This document shows positions 10,392-22,004 of a stretch of DNA of 64,000 nt, piece after piece (positions within the stretch are counted from its first letter, which is position 1; each line of letters begins with the position of its first letter). The position numbers and the translations under genes are program-made. Source of the DNA: Chiloscyllium plagiosum (taxonomy: Eukaryota); contig NC_057720.1 in NCBI RefSeq assembly GCF_004010195.1, forward strand, positions 7,615,117 through 7,679,116, written 5' to 3'. The notes beneath the pieces were generated by a model, which did no database searches, was not told the DNA's origin, and saw only the letters and a list, made by a program, of their open reading frames with translations.

Positions 10392-11090
10392 AGGGTGTAG
10401 GTTTGCTCGCTGAGCTGTAGGTTTGATATACAGACATTTCATTACCTGCCTAGGTAACATCATCAGTGGCGACCTCCAAGTGAAGCGAAGCTGTTGTCTC
10501 CTGCTTTCTCTTTATATGTTTGTCCTGGATGGGGTTCCTGGGGTTTGTGGTGATGTCATTTCCTGTTCATTCTGTGAGGGGTTGATAGATGGTATCTAGA
10601 TCTATGTGCTTGTTTATGGCGTTGTGGTTGGAGTGCCATGGGTCTTTTAAGTTTGTTAGTTTTTGTTTGAGAGTGTTGGTGGGTTTGTGTGCTACTAGGA
10701 TTCCGAGGGGTCTTAGTAGCCCACCATTTCGACTGGGACAACACACCTATCCTGGGACAGGCTAAGCAAAGACATGCCAGAGAATTCCTAGAGGCCTGGC
10801 ACTCCAACCACAACGCCATAAACAAACACATAGATCTAGATACCATCTATCAACCCCTCACAGAACGAACAGGAAATAACAGGAAATGACATCACCACAA
10901 ACCCCAGGAACCCCATCCAGGACAAATATATAAATAGAAAACAGGAGACAACAGCTTCGCTTCACTTGGAGGTCGCCACTGATGATGTTACCTAGCCAGG
11001 TAATGAAACGTCTGTATATCAAACCTACAGCTCAGCAAGCAAACCTACACCCTAAACCTCAACCTGAGCTACAAACCTTCACAAACCTTG
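10392..11090. mobile_element. Penelope-like (Poseidon-type) insertion with ~250 bp inverted pseudo-LTR arms
   Basis: + strand HHFDWDNTPILGQAKQRHAREFLEAWHSNHNAINKHIDLD (GIY-YIG C-terminus). Arms 10392-10638 and 10797-11053. 13-bp TSD CAAAAAAAATTAC at 10379-10391 and 11091-11103. Confidence 0.9.
10979..11012 (+). ncRNA. Minimal hammerhead ribozyme motif in PLE pseudo-LTR
   Basis: CTGATGA-T-GTTACCT-AGCC-AGGTAAT-GAAA-CG-TC. Mirror copy on the minus strand at 10433-10466. Confidence 0.65.
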
Positions 11091-11334
11091 CAAAAAAAAT
11101 TACTTCAGAACTTCTGGACCTACAAGACACAAAAGTGAGGGAGTCTGGTAAACCTATTGTCTGTTACCCAAGATCCAGTAAGGGGGAAACAAATTCTATC
11201 CGGTAAGTAAACTCAGAAATCAGGAGGAAGATCGGGGATATAACGGAGGGGGCATCAGCATTGTAAGGAGACTAGCTTAACATTTCAAGTGCAGACAGCT
11301 CATCAGAGCCCAGTACGTTTTCTAGAATATGTGC

Positions 11335-11500
11335 AATCAAAGAGTGTGGCACTGGAAAATCACAGCCAGTCGGGCAGCATCTGGATGAAGAGTTTATGAC
11401 GGAAACATCAACTCTCCTGCTCCTTGGATGCGGCTGTGCTTTTCCAGCACCACACTCTTTGACTCTGATCTCCAGCACCTGCAGTCCTCACTTTCTCCTC
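11335..11500. mobile_element. Family A palindromic element
   Basis: Inverted arms ending CTGCAGTCCTCACTTTCTCCT. Confidence 0.7.
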
Positions 11501-11519
11501 GAATAATTTTCACCTAAAC

Positions 11520-12545
11520 AGAAACATAAAAACAAAGAAAACGGGAGCAGGATTTGGAAATCTAACTCTTCCAGCCTGCTCCAACATTCTGTGGGATTGT
11601 GGCTGATCATCCAACTCAATCCCCTGTTTCTGCTTTCTCCCCATACCCTTTAATCCCTTTAGCCCTGAGAATTATATCTAACTCCTTATTGAAAACAATG
11701 TTTTGGCCTTAACCATTCTCTGTGGCAGAGAATTTCACAGGTTCACTACTCTCTGGATGAAGAAACTTACCCTCATCTCTGCCTTAAATCGCCTATCCCG
11801 TATGGACTCATGGTTATCGGCAACATCCTTCCTGTGTTTATCCTGTCTAGTCCTGTTCAAATTCTACAAGTTTCTATGAGATCCTCGACACCCATTTATC
11901 TCAACTCCAGTGAATCAGCATCATCATCGGCAGTCCCTCACAGACGAGAATGACTCTCTTCCACTCTCAGGATGGGTCCATAGGTGGCTGTACAGACCAT
12001 AAGACAGAGGAGCAGAAATTAGGCCATTCAGCCCTTTGAGATTGCTCCACATTTCAATCATGGTTGATAAGTCTTTCAACCTCATTCTCCCCCTTTCTCC
12101 CCGTAACCCTTGACCTCCTTGATAATCAAGAACCTATCTATCTGAGTCTTAAATATACTCAATGACCTGTGCCTCCACAGCCTTCTGTGGCAATGAATTC
12201 CATAGTTTCACCACTCTCTGACTGAATAGGTTTCTCTTTGTCTCTGTTCTCAAAGGTCTTCCCTTTACTCTAAGGCCGTGCCCTCCATTCTCCATCTCTC
12301 CTGCTAATGGAAACATCTTCCCAACATCTACTCTGTCCAGACCATTCAGTATTCTGTCTGTTACAACTAGATCCCCCCCATCCTTCTGAACTCCATCGGG
12401 TATAAACCCAAAACCCTCAAATGTTCTGCATATGTTAAGCTTTTCATTCCTGGGACTATTCTGGTGAACATCCTCCGAAGACGCTCCAGAGCCTATACAT
12501 CTTTCCTGAGAGATGGGGCCCCAAACTGCTCACAATACTCCAAAT
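11520..12545 (-). mobile_element. Two CR1 LINE 3' fragments (11520-11915, 11995-12545)
   Basis: CR1 3'UTR motif AGGCCATTCAGCCC and decayed ORF2 C-terminus on the minus strand. Confidence 0.75.
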
Positions 12546-12554
12546 AGCGGATGC

Positions 12555-12690
12555 AGTGAAAGTGAGGACTGCAGGTGCTGGAGATCAGAGTCTAGATTAT
12601 TCCTGATGAAGGGAAACATCGATTTTCCTGTTCCCCGGATGCTGCCTGGCCTGCTATGTTTTTCCAGCACCACTCTAATCTAGACTCAAA
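12555..12690. mobile_element. Family A palindromic element
   Basis: GAAAGTGAGGACTGCAGGTGCTGGAGATCAGAGTCTAGATTA...CCTGATGAAGGGAAACATCG...TAATCTAGACTC. Confidence 0.7.
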
Positions 12691-14019
12691 TGACTGACGC
12701 GGGTACTGCAGGCTCTGTTATACTGGGGCAGGTGGTGGTCACGGGAAGGGAGTGGGTGAGGTGCTGGCGTGGAAGCCTCTTTCACTGTTTTCACCTGGCT
12801 TCCAGTGAATCCTAGCCAACCCTGCCTTTCTTCACACATCAGACCTGCAATCAATCCTAACTGCAGGCCTATCCATTCACTGGACATCGCTGTGTGTTAT
12901 CAAGGCTACCTGGTTGTAACATCATTTGAGACAGTGTAATTTTACAAAAAAAAAACCTCCAAGCCAGCGGCCTCAAAATAAATTACATCTGACAAAAGAC
13001 AGAATTTTCTCTTTAGTACAAACTCCACTTTGTTTTCGCTTCAGGCACAGATGCTTCTCAGTTGTGTACATGTTTGCTGCTGATGTCTGTCGATGTATCA
13101 TTCATTGATCTAAATTAACTTCCCTGTCTAACACCTGCTTTTCGCTGTTTTAAGCGGGACAAATCACAACAGGGACAAAACTAATTTGGGTCAGCTTAAT
13201 CTCAAATGGATTGAGTTTCCCCATGTTCACAGCCTCATGGGCATTCTGAATGCATTAATCATACGCATGAAACACTGTGTGACAAACACATAACCTTCAA
13301 GAAAGTGTCCCTGTCCACTGTCCTTGTGCACCTCATGAATAGGTGGTTTTACCAGCCAATTCAACAACAATTGTCAGTGATAATTTGGCTAAGGGGCCAT
13401 AATTCATGAGGAGAGCCCCAACACTGAGGCTGGTCCCTATTTTGAAGTTTTGTCCCGATTAATTTGCACTTTTAGATTTTCATTTAGTGTTGAAGTCCGG
13501 ATGGGAAGCCCAAGTCAATTCTCTCTCTCCCCTTCCAGCAGCAATTGCAGGAGCTAATTGAAAAGTTACAGCTACCATGATACACAAACAAAACTCGAGT
13601 GTAACTTGCCTGAATTCCTAACGTGACGGCAACACAAGTTGAGATCTCCGTTACTGGAAAGTACAGCTCTGTGGCCTTGAATTTGGATGGACTTCTCTCC
13701 CTTTGACCATTGTAAGTTTGGAAAAAGGACCGCAAACCCTGGAAAACAGCAGAAGGAACTGTGTAAAAATTTAACTAATTTCATGAGCTCCGTGGCCAGC
13801 AGCTATACAAATCGACAAAACTTCGATTTCATACTCACTCGATCAATCAGACTCATTTCCGTGGGAGGCACAAGAGGGATTGACAGTGCTTCTTGTAATC
13901 AATTCTCCAAGCCTACTACTTCACTTGAAGCAATTTTCCTCTCTCTGGTACCATGCAAGTTTCTATTTTAATCAGCTTCTCTGTCCACCGAGAAACCTTC
14001 AATACTATTAAACAAATAT

Positions 14020-14310
14020 CGGTGGCTCAGTGGTTAGCACTGCTGTCCCACAGCTTTGAGGACCCAGGTTCGATTCTACCCTCAAGCGACTGTCCGTGTG
14101 GAATTTGCACCTTCTCCCCGTGTCTGTGTGGGTTTCCTCCCAAAGGTTAGGTGGAGTGACCATGCTAAATTGCTTGTAGTGTCCAGGGAGATGTAGGATA
14201 GCTATGGAAAATGTAGAGTGGGGGGATAGGTCGAGGTGGGATGATTTTCAGAGGGTCAGCGTGGACTTGGTGGGCTGAATGGCCTGTTTCCACACTGGAG
14301 GGATTCTATA
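14020..14310 (+). mobile_element. HE1/V-SINE-like SINE (internally deleted)
   Basis: GGTGGCTCAGTGGTTAGCAC A-box, GGTTCGATTC B-box, V-domain and tail. Confidence 0.85.
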
Positions 14311-14696
14311 TTTTAAAAAAAAGGAAGACTATCCAGTATCCCAACAAGTCACATTTTATACAAACTTTCCATGTTTCAAATGGTGAGAAAATACTTCACG
14401 GAGGCATATGGCAATGGTGGCTGGGTAAAGGCAGACTTTAATGTAACATTTTAACAGGCAGAAGAGAGAAAAGGCAAGAGAGAGACGTGATGAGATGGAA
14501 GGGTTTCAAAGCAAGGGGCCTGAATGGTAAACTCCCTCGGCTCCAAACTCCTCAGAGTCCCATCAAATGGATGGAGAAGATGTAAGACCCTTCTGTTTCT
14601 CTCTCCACAGATGCTGCTGGACTTGTGAAGTTTCTCCAGCAATTTCGAGTTTCATTTCAGATTTCTTGTGTCCACAGTTCTTTCTTTCATTTTGGT

Positions 14697-15010
14697 AACC
14701 CAGGCACCCAGGCTGATGTTCTCGGGACATGGGTTTGAATCCTTCCATGGTGTCAAATGGTGAAATTCGAATTCAATAAAACTTTTTTTTCAAAAGCTGT
14801 GTAACAATTTCAATTGTGATGAAAAAGAAAAGTCTACCTAGTTCCTTTACGGAAGGAAATCTGTCGTCCTGACCTGGTCTGACCTACATGTGATTCCAGA
14901 CCCACAACAATGTGGCCAACTGTTAGCTGCCCACTGGGCAATTAGGGGATATGCAATAAGTGTTGGTCCAGCTAGTGATGTCCACATCCCCATGAATGAA
15001 TAAAAATAAA
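14697..15010 (+). mobile_element. SINE family B
   Basis: GGGTTTGAATCC B-box, conserved body, LINE-B-like tail GGGCAATTAGGGG...ATGAATGAATAAAAA. Confidence 0.75.
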
Positions 15011-15319
15011 TTCAGCACCACTTAGGTTCTTAATAGGCCAACACCCAGCCTTCCCAAAGATTTAGACGCCAACTGAACACATCCTACCCCCTGACTGTTG
15101 TCAGTCAGAGACCAGTAGCTCTCCATTGCTGGCATCATAAAAGCTGTCACTTTTTGTGCACCACGGGCTTTAGTTGGGTTAGGGTGTGATGGGGACCACG
15201 AGAAGAGTATTATGATGATGTGCAAAGTCAAGGATGAGGATTGCCTTGCCGGTCCCCCTCCCCACAACCTCCCTGAGCACACCTCTCCAATGTCATGTCT
15301 CTTGATGGATCACATGGAG

Positions 15320-15900
15320 CCTGACTGTGAGGAAGTCCTCGTGAGTAAAATCTGTCCAACTCAATCTTGAAGACACTCAAGGCTGGGTTGTAAAGTACAT
15401 TGAAGACTGACACAAACAGATTTTTATTCAGTAACGGAAACTGAGGGTCCCAGGGAAAAGGCAGGAAAGTTGAGTTGAAGATGATCAGATTAGTCAAATG
15501 TGATTAAATGGCCTAATTCTGCTCCTATGTCTTTTAGCTTCTGTTAATCCTGGCAGGGTGGCTTTTGGGAAGTGCAGGATAAAGTCTAATTCCCATTTAA
15601 CCCCCAAGTCACCAGGAAATTCTGATGGACCTGGGGGAGGGGGTGGAATTTGGTATCAGTTAGCCCATCAACTACCATCTCACCCAGAACAGGGAAGGTT
15701 ACTCACTTCAAAAGAACAAAGAGAACAAAAGAGAAGTACAGCACAGGAACAGGCCCTTCGGCCCTTCAAGCCTGTGTCGATCATCATGGTCTCACTAAAC
15801 TAAAACATGAACCTTCTGACCTTACACGGTCCGTATCCCTGTCTTCCCTCCCTATTCATGTAACCATCCAGGTGCCTCTTAAAAGTCATCAACGTCTCCG
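15320..15900. mobile_element. CR1 3' fragments (+ 15320-15535; - 15715-15900)
   Basis: CR1 3'UTR motifs GGAAAGTTGAGTTGAAG and ACAGGAACAGGCCCTTCGGCCC. Confidence 0.55.
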
Positions 15901-17399
15901 CTTCGACTCCAAACAACTTCATTGCGGGAGGTCTTGCAACCTCCAGGGAAGAGTGTGGCATTTCTTGGGATTATACAGGCCTGTTTGCCATGTAACCAGG
16001 TTAGTAATTTATACCCATTAAGTACAGAGTGTAGGAGATGGGCAGCAGAAGGCATGGCTGACAGTGGTGGGATGATTCCAGAGGCAGGAAACAACGGGCA
16101 AACCTGAATTAATACAGCATCTTTCCAGGGCATCTCAGAACATCACAAAACCATAAGACATAGCAGCAGAATTAGGCCATTCAGTCCGAGTCAGCTCCCT
16201 CATTCAACGAGATCATGGCTGATTTGACAGTCCTCACCTCCACATCCCAACATGTTTTCAGTCACTGAGCTACTTCCAAAATGCAGTCAGATAGAGAGGA
16301 AACCTTACAAAGAAAATCATCCTCTTAGATATGAAAGGAAGTGAAGAAACAAAACAGCATGTACAAACAGTTTAATTTAATGAGTAAACAAGGTAAGAGG
16401 ACAACAAAAAAATTCAAGCCCATTAATTAAGCACATTGGTATCTTCTTATAATTGGCCCCAATGAAATCTGGCTCGCTGAAGGCTATTTCAAAGGTTCAG
16501 TCAATTAAATACAAATAATGGAACCAAATCTGAATATTAAAAAAGTGGAAATCAAAGGACTTAAATTATGTTACAATGTAATTAAAATCAAAACTGCAAT
16601 CTCGCCACTGCAATCCTACACTGTACTAAGACATCTCATCACTTGTCTGCAGGTTTACTTAAACTTCCAACATCTAATTTCTAATCACTTGACTCAACGC
16701 ACTTAACAAGAAGATAGAAGCCTCTTCTATCTGTAGGGGTTATGCGACCATATACTGTTCAATAGTGAGTGTATTCTGTTATTATTCCACACCTGTCAGC
16801 ATATTTCCCGAGTGGATAATGAATTCTTTGCTAAATACACAAGACCTTTCCTATGACGTCTTTGCATATGCCCTAACCTCTCGTACAATATGCATCAATA
16901 ATGGCTGATGACTCTTCATCTGACAGAGCATCCACCCTCTCCATTAAACATGTGGTTCTCTCTCTCTCTCTGTCTCTGCCTCTCTCTCTCTCTGTCTATC
17001 TCTCCTTAATATGCTTGCTGCAGCCTTCTGTGGCCAGCCTTAGAGACAGACTATGATATAATTCATAGCACAGCAAAAGCAGAAATTTACATTGACTAAT
17101 GAACAAAGGCCAGTTTGCTCAACCAGTCCGTGCCTGTGTTTAGATTCCATTATTCAGTTTCTCAATTCTTTTCTAAAAATGTGATCTTTCTTGTCTCAGA
17201 CTAAATTGATACCAAACCTCTAGATTGTAGATTTTAAAAAAAATCATTCATGGGATCAGGGCGTCACTGGCTAGGCTAGCATTTGCTGCTCATCCCTGGT
17301 TGTTCAGAGGGCAATTAAGAGTCAAGCCCATTGCTATGGGTCTGAAGTCACATGTAGGCCAGACCAGGTAAGGAAGGCAGATTCCTTCCTGAAAGGATG

Positions 17400-18250
17400 T
17401 GTGACTATGCTGCTACTTTAAAAAGATTATCTTGTCCTTGGTTTTTTTGAACAGGGGTTATAGAGGCAGAGGTGCTGAGGAAGTGTTAACACGTTAACAA
17501 TGGACAGGGAGTGGCCAGTTCTTCCAGTTCAGGATTTGATTAGATGAGATTATTTACAGTGTGGAAACAGGCCCAACAAGTCCACACCGACCCGCCAAAG
17601 AGCAACCCACCCAGATCCATTCCCCTACATTTGCCCCTTCACCTAACACTACGGGCAATTTAGCATGACAATTCACCTGACCTGCACATCTTTGGACTGT
17701 GGAAGGAAACCGGAGCACCCGGAGGAACCCCACGCAGATACGGGGAGAATGCGCAAACTCCACACAGAGGCGGGAATTGAACGCGGGTCTCTGGCACTGT
17801 GAGGCAGCAGTGCTAACTACCGTACCGCTTTCTCTAGTTTTTTTTAGCTGTAGCACACACACGATGTGTGAGTCCAGAAGAGTTGCAAGTTTCAGGAAAG
17901 AATTCCTGACGAACTTTCCCTGAAATCTCTCTGGATGTTCCCTCCTGCCTGTAAGAATCTGTGTTTCAATTTATCTTTTTGCCAAGGAGTGTGTTTATGC
18001 GATGTTACTGTATTGGAACAATTAATTAGTTCAATTACTGTGTCGAGCTTTCAGTTGTGTATTTCATCGTTAAGCTATTCTAAATTCTGCTTTCCTTTGT
18101 TCGTGTTTAACTGTAGTGCTTAAATAAATTCTGCTTTGCTTAAAGCCCAGCTGCATCACATCTGTAATGCCCACTTCACATCTACCCTTAAAAGTTAGGT
18201 CCAGGCTACCTTCTTAAAATATTTTGAGAGGGTCTGGCCTAGTCCATACA
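17400..18250 (+). mobile_element. Putative solo LTR (Gypsy-like) containing an HE1 SINE
   Basis: Begins TGT and ends ACA, AATAAA near 18123, 4-bp flanks GATG/GACA, and it interrupts a SINE cleanly. Confidence 0.6.
17535..17829 (-). mobile_element. HE1/V-SINE-like SINE
   Basis: Reverse-strand V-domain and tail; close to the copy at 60708-61014. Confidence 0.9.
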
Positions 18251-18823
18251 GACATTAGTGAACCCCTCAACAATTGGCAATGGTCATCACTAGAGTCGTA
18301 ATGCCAGACTTCTATTGAATTCAAATTCCACCATCTGCCTTGGCAGGATTTGACCCCAGGTCCTCAGGACACTTCCTAGGTCTCCAGATAATAGTCTAGC
18401 AATAATACTATCAAATCAATGCATCCCCTTACTTAACACACTGGGATACATTAAGCGAGCCTTGTATCAGTATGATGATGAAATAAAGGTAGCACACACA
18501 GATTTTTAAAATGCAAAGTGGCAACAATCTTCACTTGCCCATCTTCCACTTTTCAGGTCATCCCATCGAATGCCAATTTCCTGCTCCAATTTATAGGATG
18601 GAGTTTAATTACACCCACCACCCACCCTACTTTCTCCGACATAGCTGACAAAACCTGTGCTTTAAATGTTTTTAATGAAGAGATTGATAAAATTCTTGAC
18701 AATCAAAGGATTCAAGGGATTGGGAAGGAACCTGGAAGTCATCAGAAGAACCCAGATGTCCCGTGAATGGCTTCAAGGGGCTGAGTGGCCTTCTCCTTTG
18801 CACTGGATGGTGTTATTGGTTCA

Positions 18824-19390
18824 TGGAATAAGGGCATCATTAGTTCAGCCAACATTTATTGCCCATCCCTAATTGCCCAGAGGGCATTTAAGAATCAACC
18901 ACTATATTGTGTGTGGAGTCACATGTAGGTCAGACCAGGTAAAAATGGCAAGACTAAACAAAAAACTGTGGAAGCTGGAGAGCCGAAACAAGAACAGATA
19001 TTGCTGGTGAAACTCAGCAGGTCTGGCAGCATCTGTGGAGAGAAAGCACAGTTGTTTTAGGAAAGGTCACTGGTACTGAAACCATTGTCTTTGCTATATC
19101 TCTGTAGATACTTCCAGACCTGCTGAGTACCTCTAGGAATTTCTGTTTTTTTGCTTCTGGCGAGCAAAACCAACGAATCAAGTGTATTTTTCCCTAAAAT
19201 CGGCAGTAGCTTCTTTGTCATTATTAGACACCAGCCCCCCCACACCACCACCCCCTCCCAATCCCAATTCCAGATTTGTTGTGGAATTCAAATTCCATCA
19301 TCTACTGTAGCAATATTCAAACTCAAGTCGCCAGAAACTGGGTCTCTGGAATAATAGTCTAGTGATGAAACCACCACACCACTGCCTCCC
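18824..19390 (-). mobile_element. SINE family B split by a family B palindromic element (18955-19160)
   Basis: SINE tail and head lie on either side of an inverted-arm element. Confidence 0.6.
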
Positions 19391-21004
19391 CGCCAGTGTA
19401 AAGCAAGACTGAATTCACGAACATTCTCCCCTGCTCAATTCTGCTCACACAACGCAGAGTCTTGGAACACTCTGATCAAAGATGAGCAAGAGAGAGAGAA
19501 TGATAAAACTAGAAGAGAGTGTGTGTGTGTGTGTGTGTGGGGAGGGTGGGGGGGGAGGGGGTGGTGCAGAGAGAGAGAGAGAGATCAACAACCAATTCCT
19601 ACACATATTCATCTAACTTCTTTCTCTGTTCCAGTCACTCCCTCAAAAAAAAATTCAACTTGCTGCCCCTTTTCAGATCCATACAGTGCCTGATGTGGGA
19701 AACCAGAGTCATAGAGAGCGGAGCATTCAAATTGCCAGAGAATAGGTGGCAACTAGGTGAATACACACAATTAAACTGGCAAGACTTCAGAACAATGCTG
19801 GGCCCCCTTTGCTGCTGACAGGAAATGTTATTAATGATTACAGGCCATTTTCCCCTTGCATAAAGGGAATCAGAAGGAATCTCAGTATTTTACGAGTCAA
19901 AGCATGGGAATGGATCCAGATAAGCAGATCATTTCATGCCTCCAATGATGAAGAAGGTGGGAGGTTGGGACGATAATATTTTAAAACATTCTTCCCAGCA
20001 GCATAGAACCACTTCTTTGTAAACGGCATTGAAAATTACAGCAATTTGTTCTCTTCTCTCTTGATCCATTTGCCACCAGGCAGCCCCTGACTCAATAAAT
20101 GGTGAACTCTGTGGGGACTGTCACTTTAAGGATCCTCTTCATAACCCCATCCCCCACACCACCCGTGCCCCCCACCCCCAACACCACCCTTCCCCACAGC
20201 ATAAGGAGCTGACAATTCAAATCTTCAAATGTCAGCACTCGCACTAAGAGAGGCACAGAATTATTCTCGCTAGGTTATTTTCCCACAGTCTCAGTGAAAT
20301 GCCTTGTTTTTTTCTGAGGATGATGGAGGTGAGGGGCAGGGGGGGTTGAAGGTTACAGGTTGGAGGTTAGGGGTTGAAAGGTTATGGGTTGTAGACCCCA
20401 TCAGAGGAGCTTGGGGTTACATTGATCCGAATTGCATTTTCCCTGAGAATTTTATACATAATCCCCCTTATTGGGAATATGCTAATAGAGTCATTTGTAA
20501 TGACTAACTTTCATTAAATCTTTATTTCGCTGCATACAAAGCAATCTGAGAGATTTAGCACTTATAACCCTTACAATCCATCTGCCTTGCCTTCACTTTC
20601 TCCATACAGATTTGGCAGGGGCAGAATAATAAATGAGATGCTTGTCTCAATCCTTTAAGAGAGAGCAAAAGAAAAGGTGACAATTGACACATACATTACA
20701 ATGAGATTTTCTCTCCCCCATCACACCCCCAGTTCTTATTTTTTTAATTGATTGGTCCTCATAAAACTAGCTTCTGTGTTTCAGATTGCCATTATGCTAT
20801 AAATGACAGAAATTATCTTGCTAATCACTGCCAAAACAACTTGTTCAGTTAAGACAGTGGTGCATTGTTGTGTTGTTCTTAAAAGTAGTCCTTGCCCATT
20901 CTCTTCAAATCACCCAGCCCAACCCTAGACCCCTCCAGAACAGTTGTTCCATTATAACCTGAGATACAATAATGGTGGGGACCAATTAACTCCTAACATA
21001 TTGC

Positions 21005-21620
21005 TCTGTGCCTTTATTGGTCAGTACATTGAGTATAGGAGTTGGGATGTCATAATGTGGCTTTATAGGACGTTGGTTCGGGGCCTCTTTTGCAATACTG
21101 TGTTCAGCCCTGCTATTGGAAAGTTGGTGTTAAACTTGAAAGGATTCAGAAGAAATTTACAAGGATGTTGCCAGGGTTGGAGGATTTGAGCTATTGGGAG
21201 AGGTTGAGTAGGCTAGGGCTGTTTTCCCTGGACCGTTGGAGGCTGAGGGGTGACCTTATAGAGGTTTACAAAATTATGAGGGGCATGGATGGGGTGAACA
21301 GCCAAGGTCTTTTCACCATAGTAGGGGTGTCCAAAACTAGAGGGCATAGGTTTAAGGTGAGAGGGGAACAATATAGAAGGGAACCGAGGGGCAACTTTTT
21401 CACACAGACAGTGATGTGTGTATGGAATGAGCTGCCAGACGAAGTGGCGGATGCTGGTACAATTACGATATTTAAAAGGCATCTGGATGGGTAAATGAAT
21501 AGGAAGGGTTTAGAGGGATATGGGCCATGTGCTGGCAATTGGGACTAGATTAATTTAGAATATCGAGTCACAAGTTGGATCGAAGGGTCTGTTTCCGTGC
21601 GATACAATGCCATGACTCTA
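21005..21620 (+). mobile_element. CR1 (HER1-like) LINE 3' fragment
   Basis: ORF 21090-21494 KLERIQKKFTRMLPGLEDLSYWERLSRLGLFSLDRWRLRGDLIEVYKIMRG...TRGHRFKV...WNELP. Confidence 0.9.
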
Positions 21621-22004
21621 TTGCTGTGAATCAGACAGTGGAGCTAGATATAAGCACAACGGCATAAGAAATGTCCAAGTGAAGTTGAAAAACTGAGGCA
21701 GATCAACCACAATCTTCGAGAGTAGTGGGGCAGGCTTGGGGGGAGGGATAGCCTTCTCCTGCTCCTGTTTCTTATGGGACAGATCCGGTGTGGAAAAAGG
21801 GCAGGAGGAGGAGGATGAAAGGGACAATGCACGGTAAAGTGGGGATGAAAATGGTGAGGAAAGGAGAAGGAGGTAGAGGAAAGGGAAATGAAAGGAACAA
21901 ATGGAGTTGTATTTAGGTTGCAGCTTTCATATTCCAAGAATGCCCCAAAGTTCCAAATGACCAATGAATTATTTTTGAGGCTCAGTTAATGTCGCAGAAT
22001 CCGT

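Larger units (their letters stand above)
17245..18430 (-). mobile_element. SINE family B split by a solo LTR
   Basis: The 3' part (17245-17399) and 5' part (18251-18430) rejoin as CCTTCC..GAAGGAC-ATTAGTGAACC, matching the intact copy at 27020-27365. Confidence 0.75.

Noticed and set aside
11918..11995. Possible RTE-type LINE 3' tail ((CAT)n start), continuing near 12690-12800
   Set aside because: Single, short, fragmented copy with no coding evidence, so it could not be classified.
19490..19585. G-quadruplex-prone (GT)n-Gn-(GA)n tract
   Set aside because: Simple low-complexity repeat with no evidence of function.
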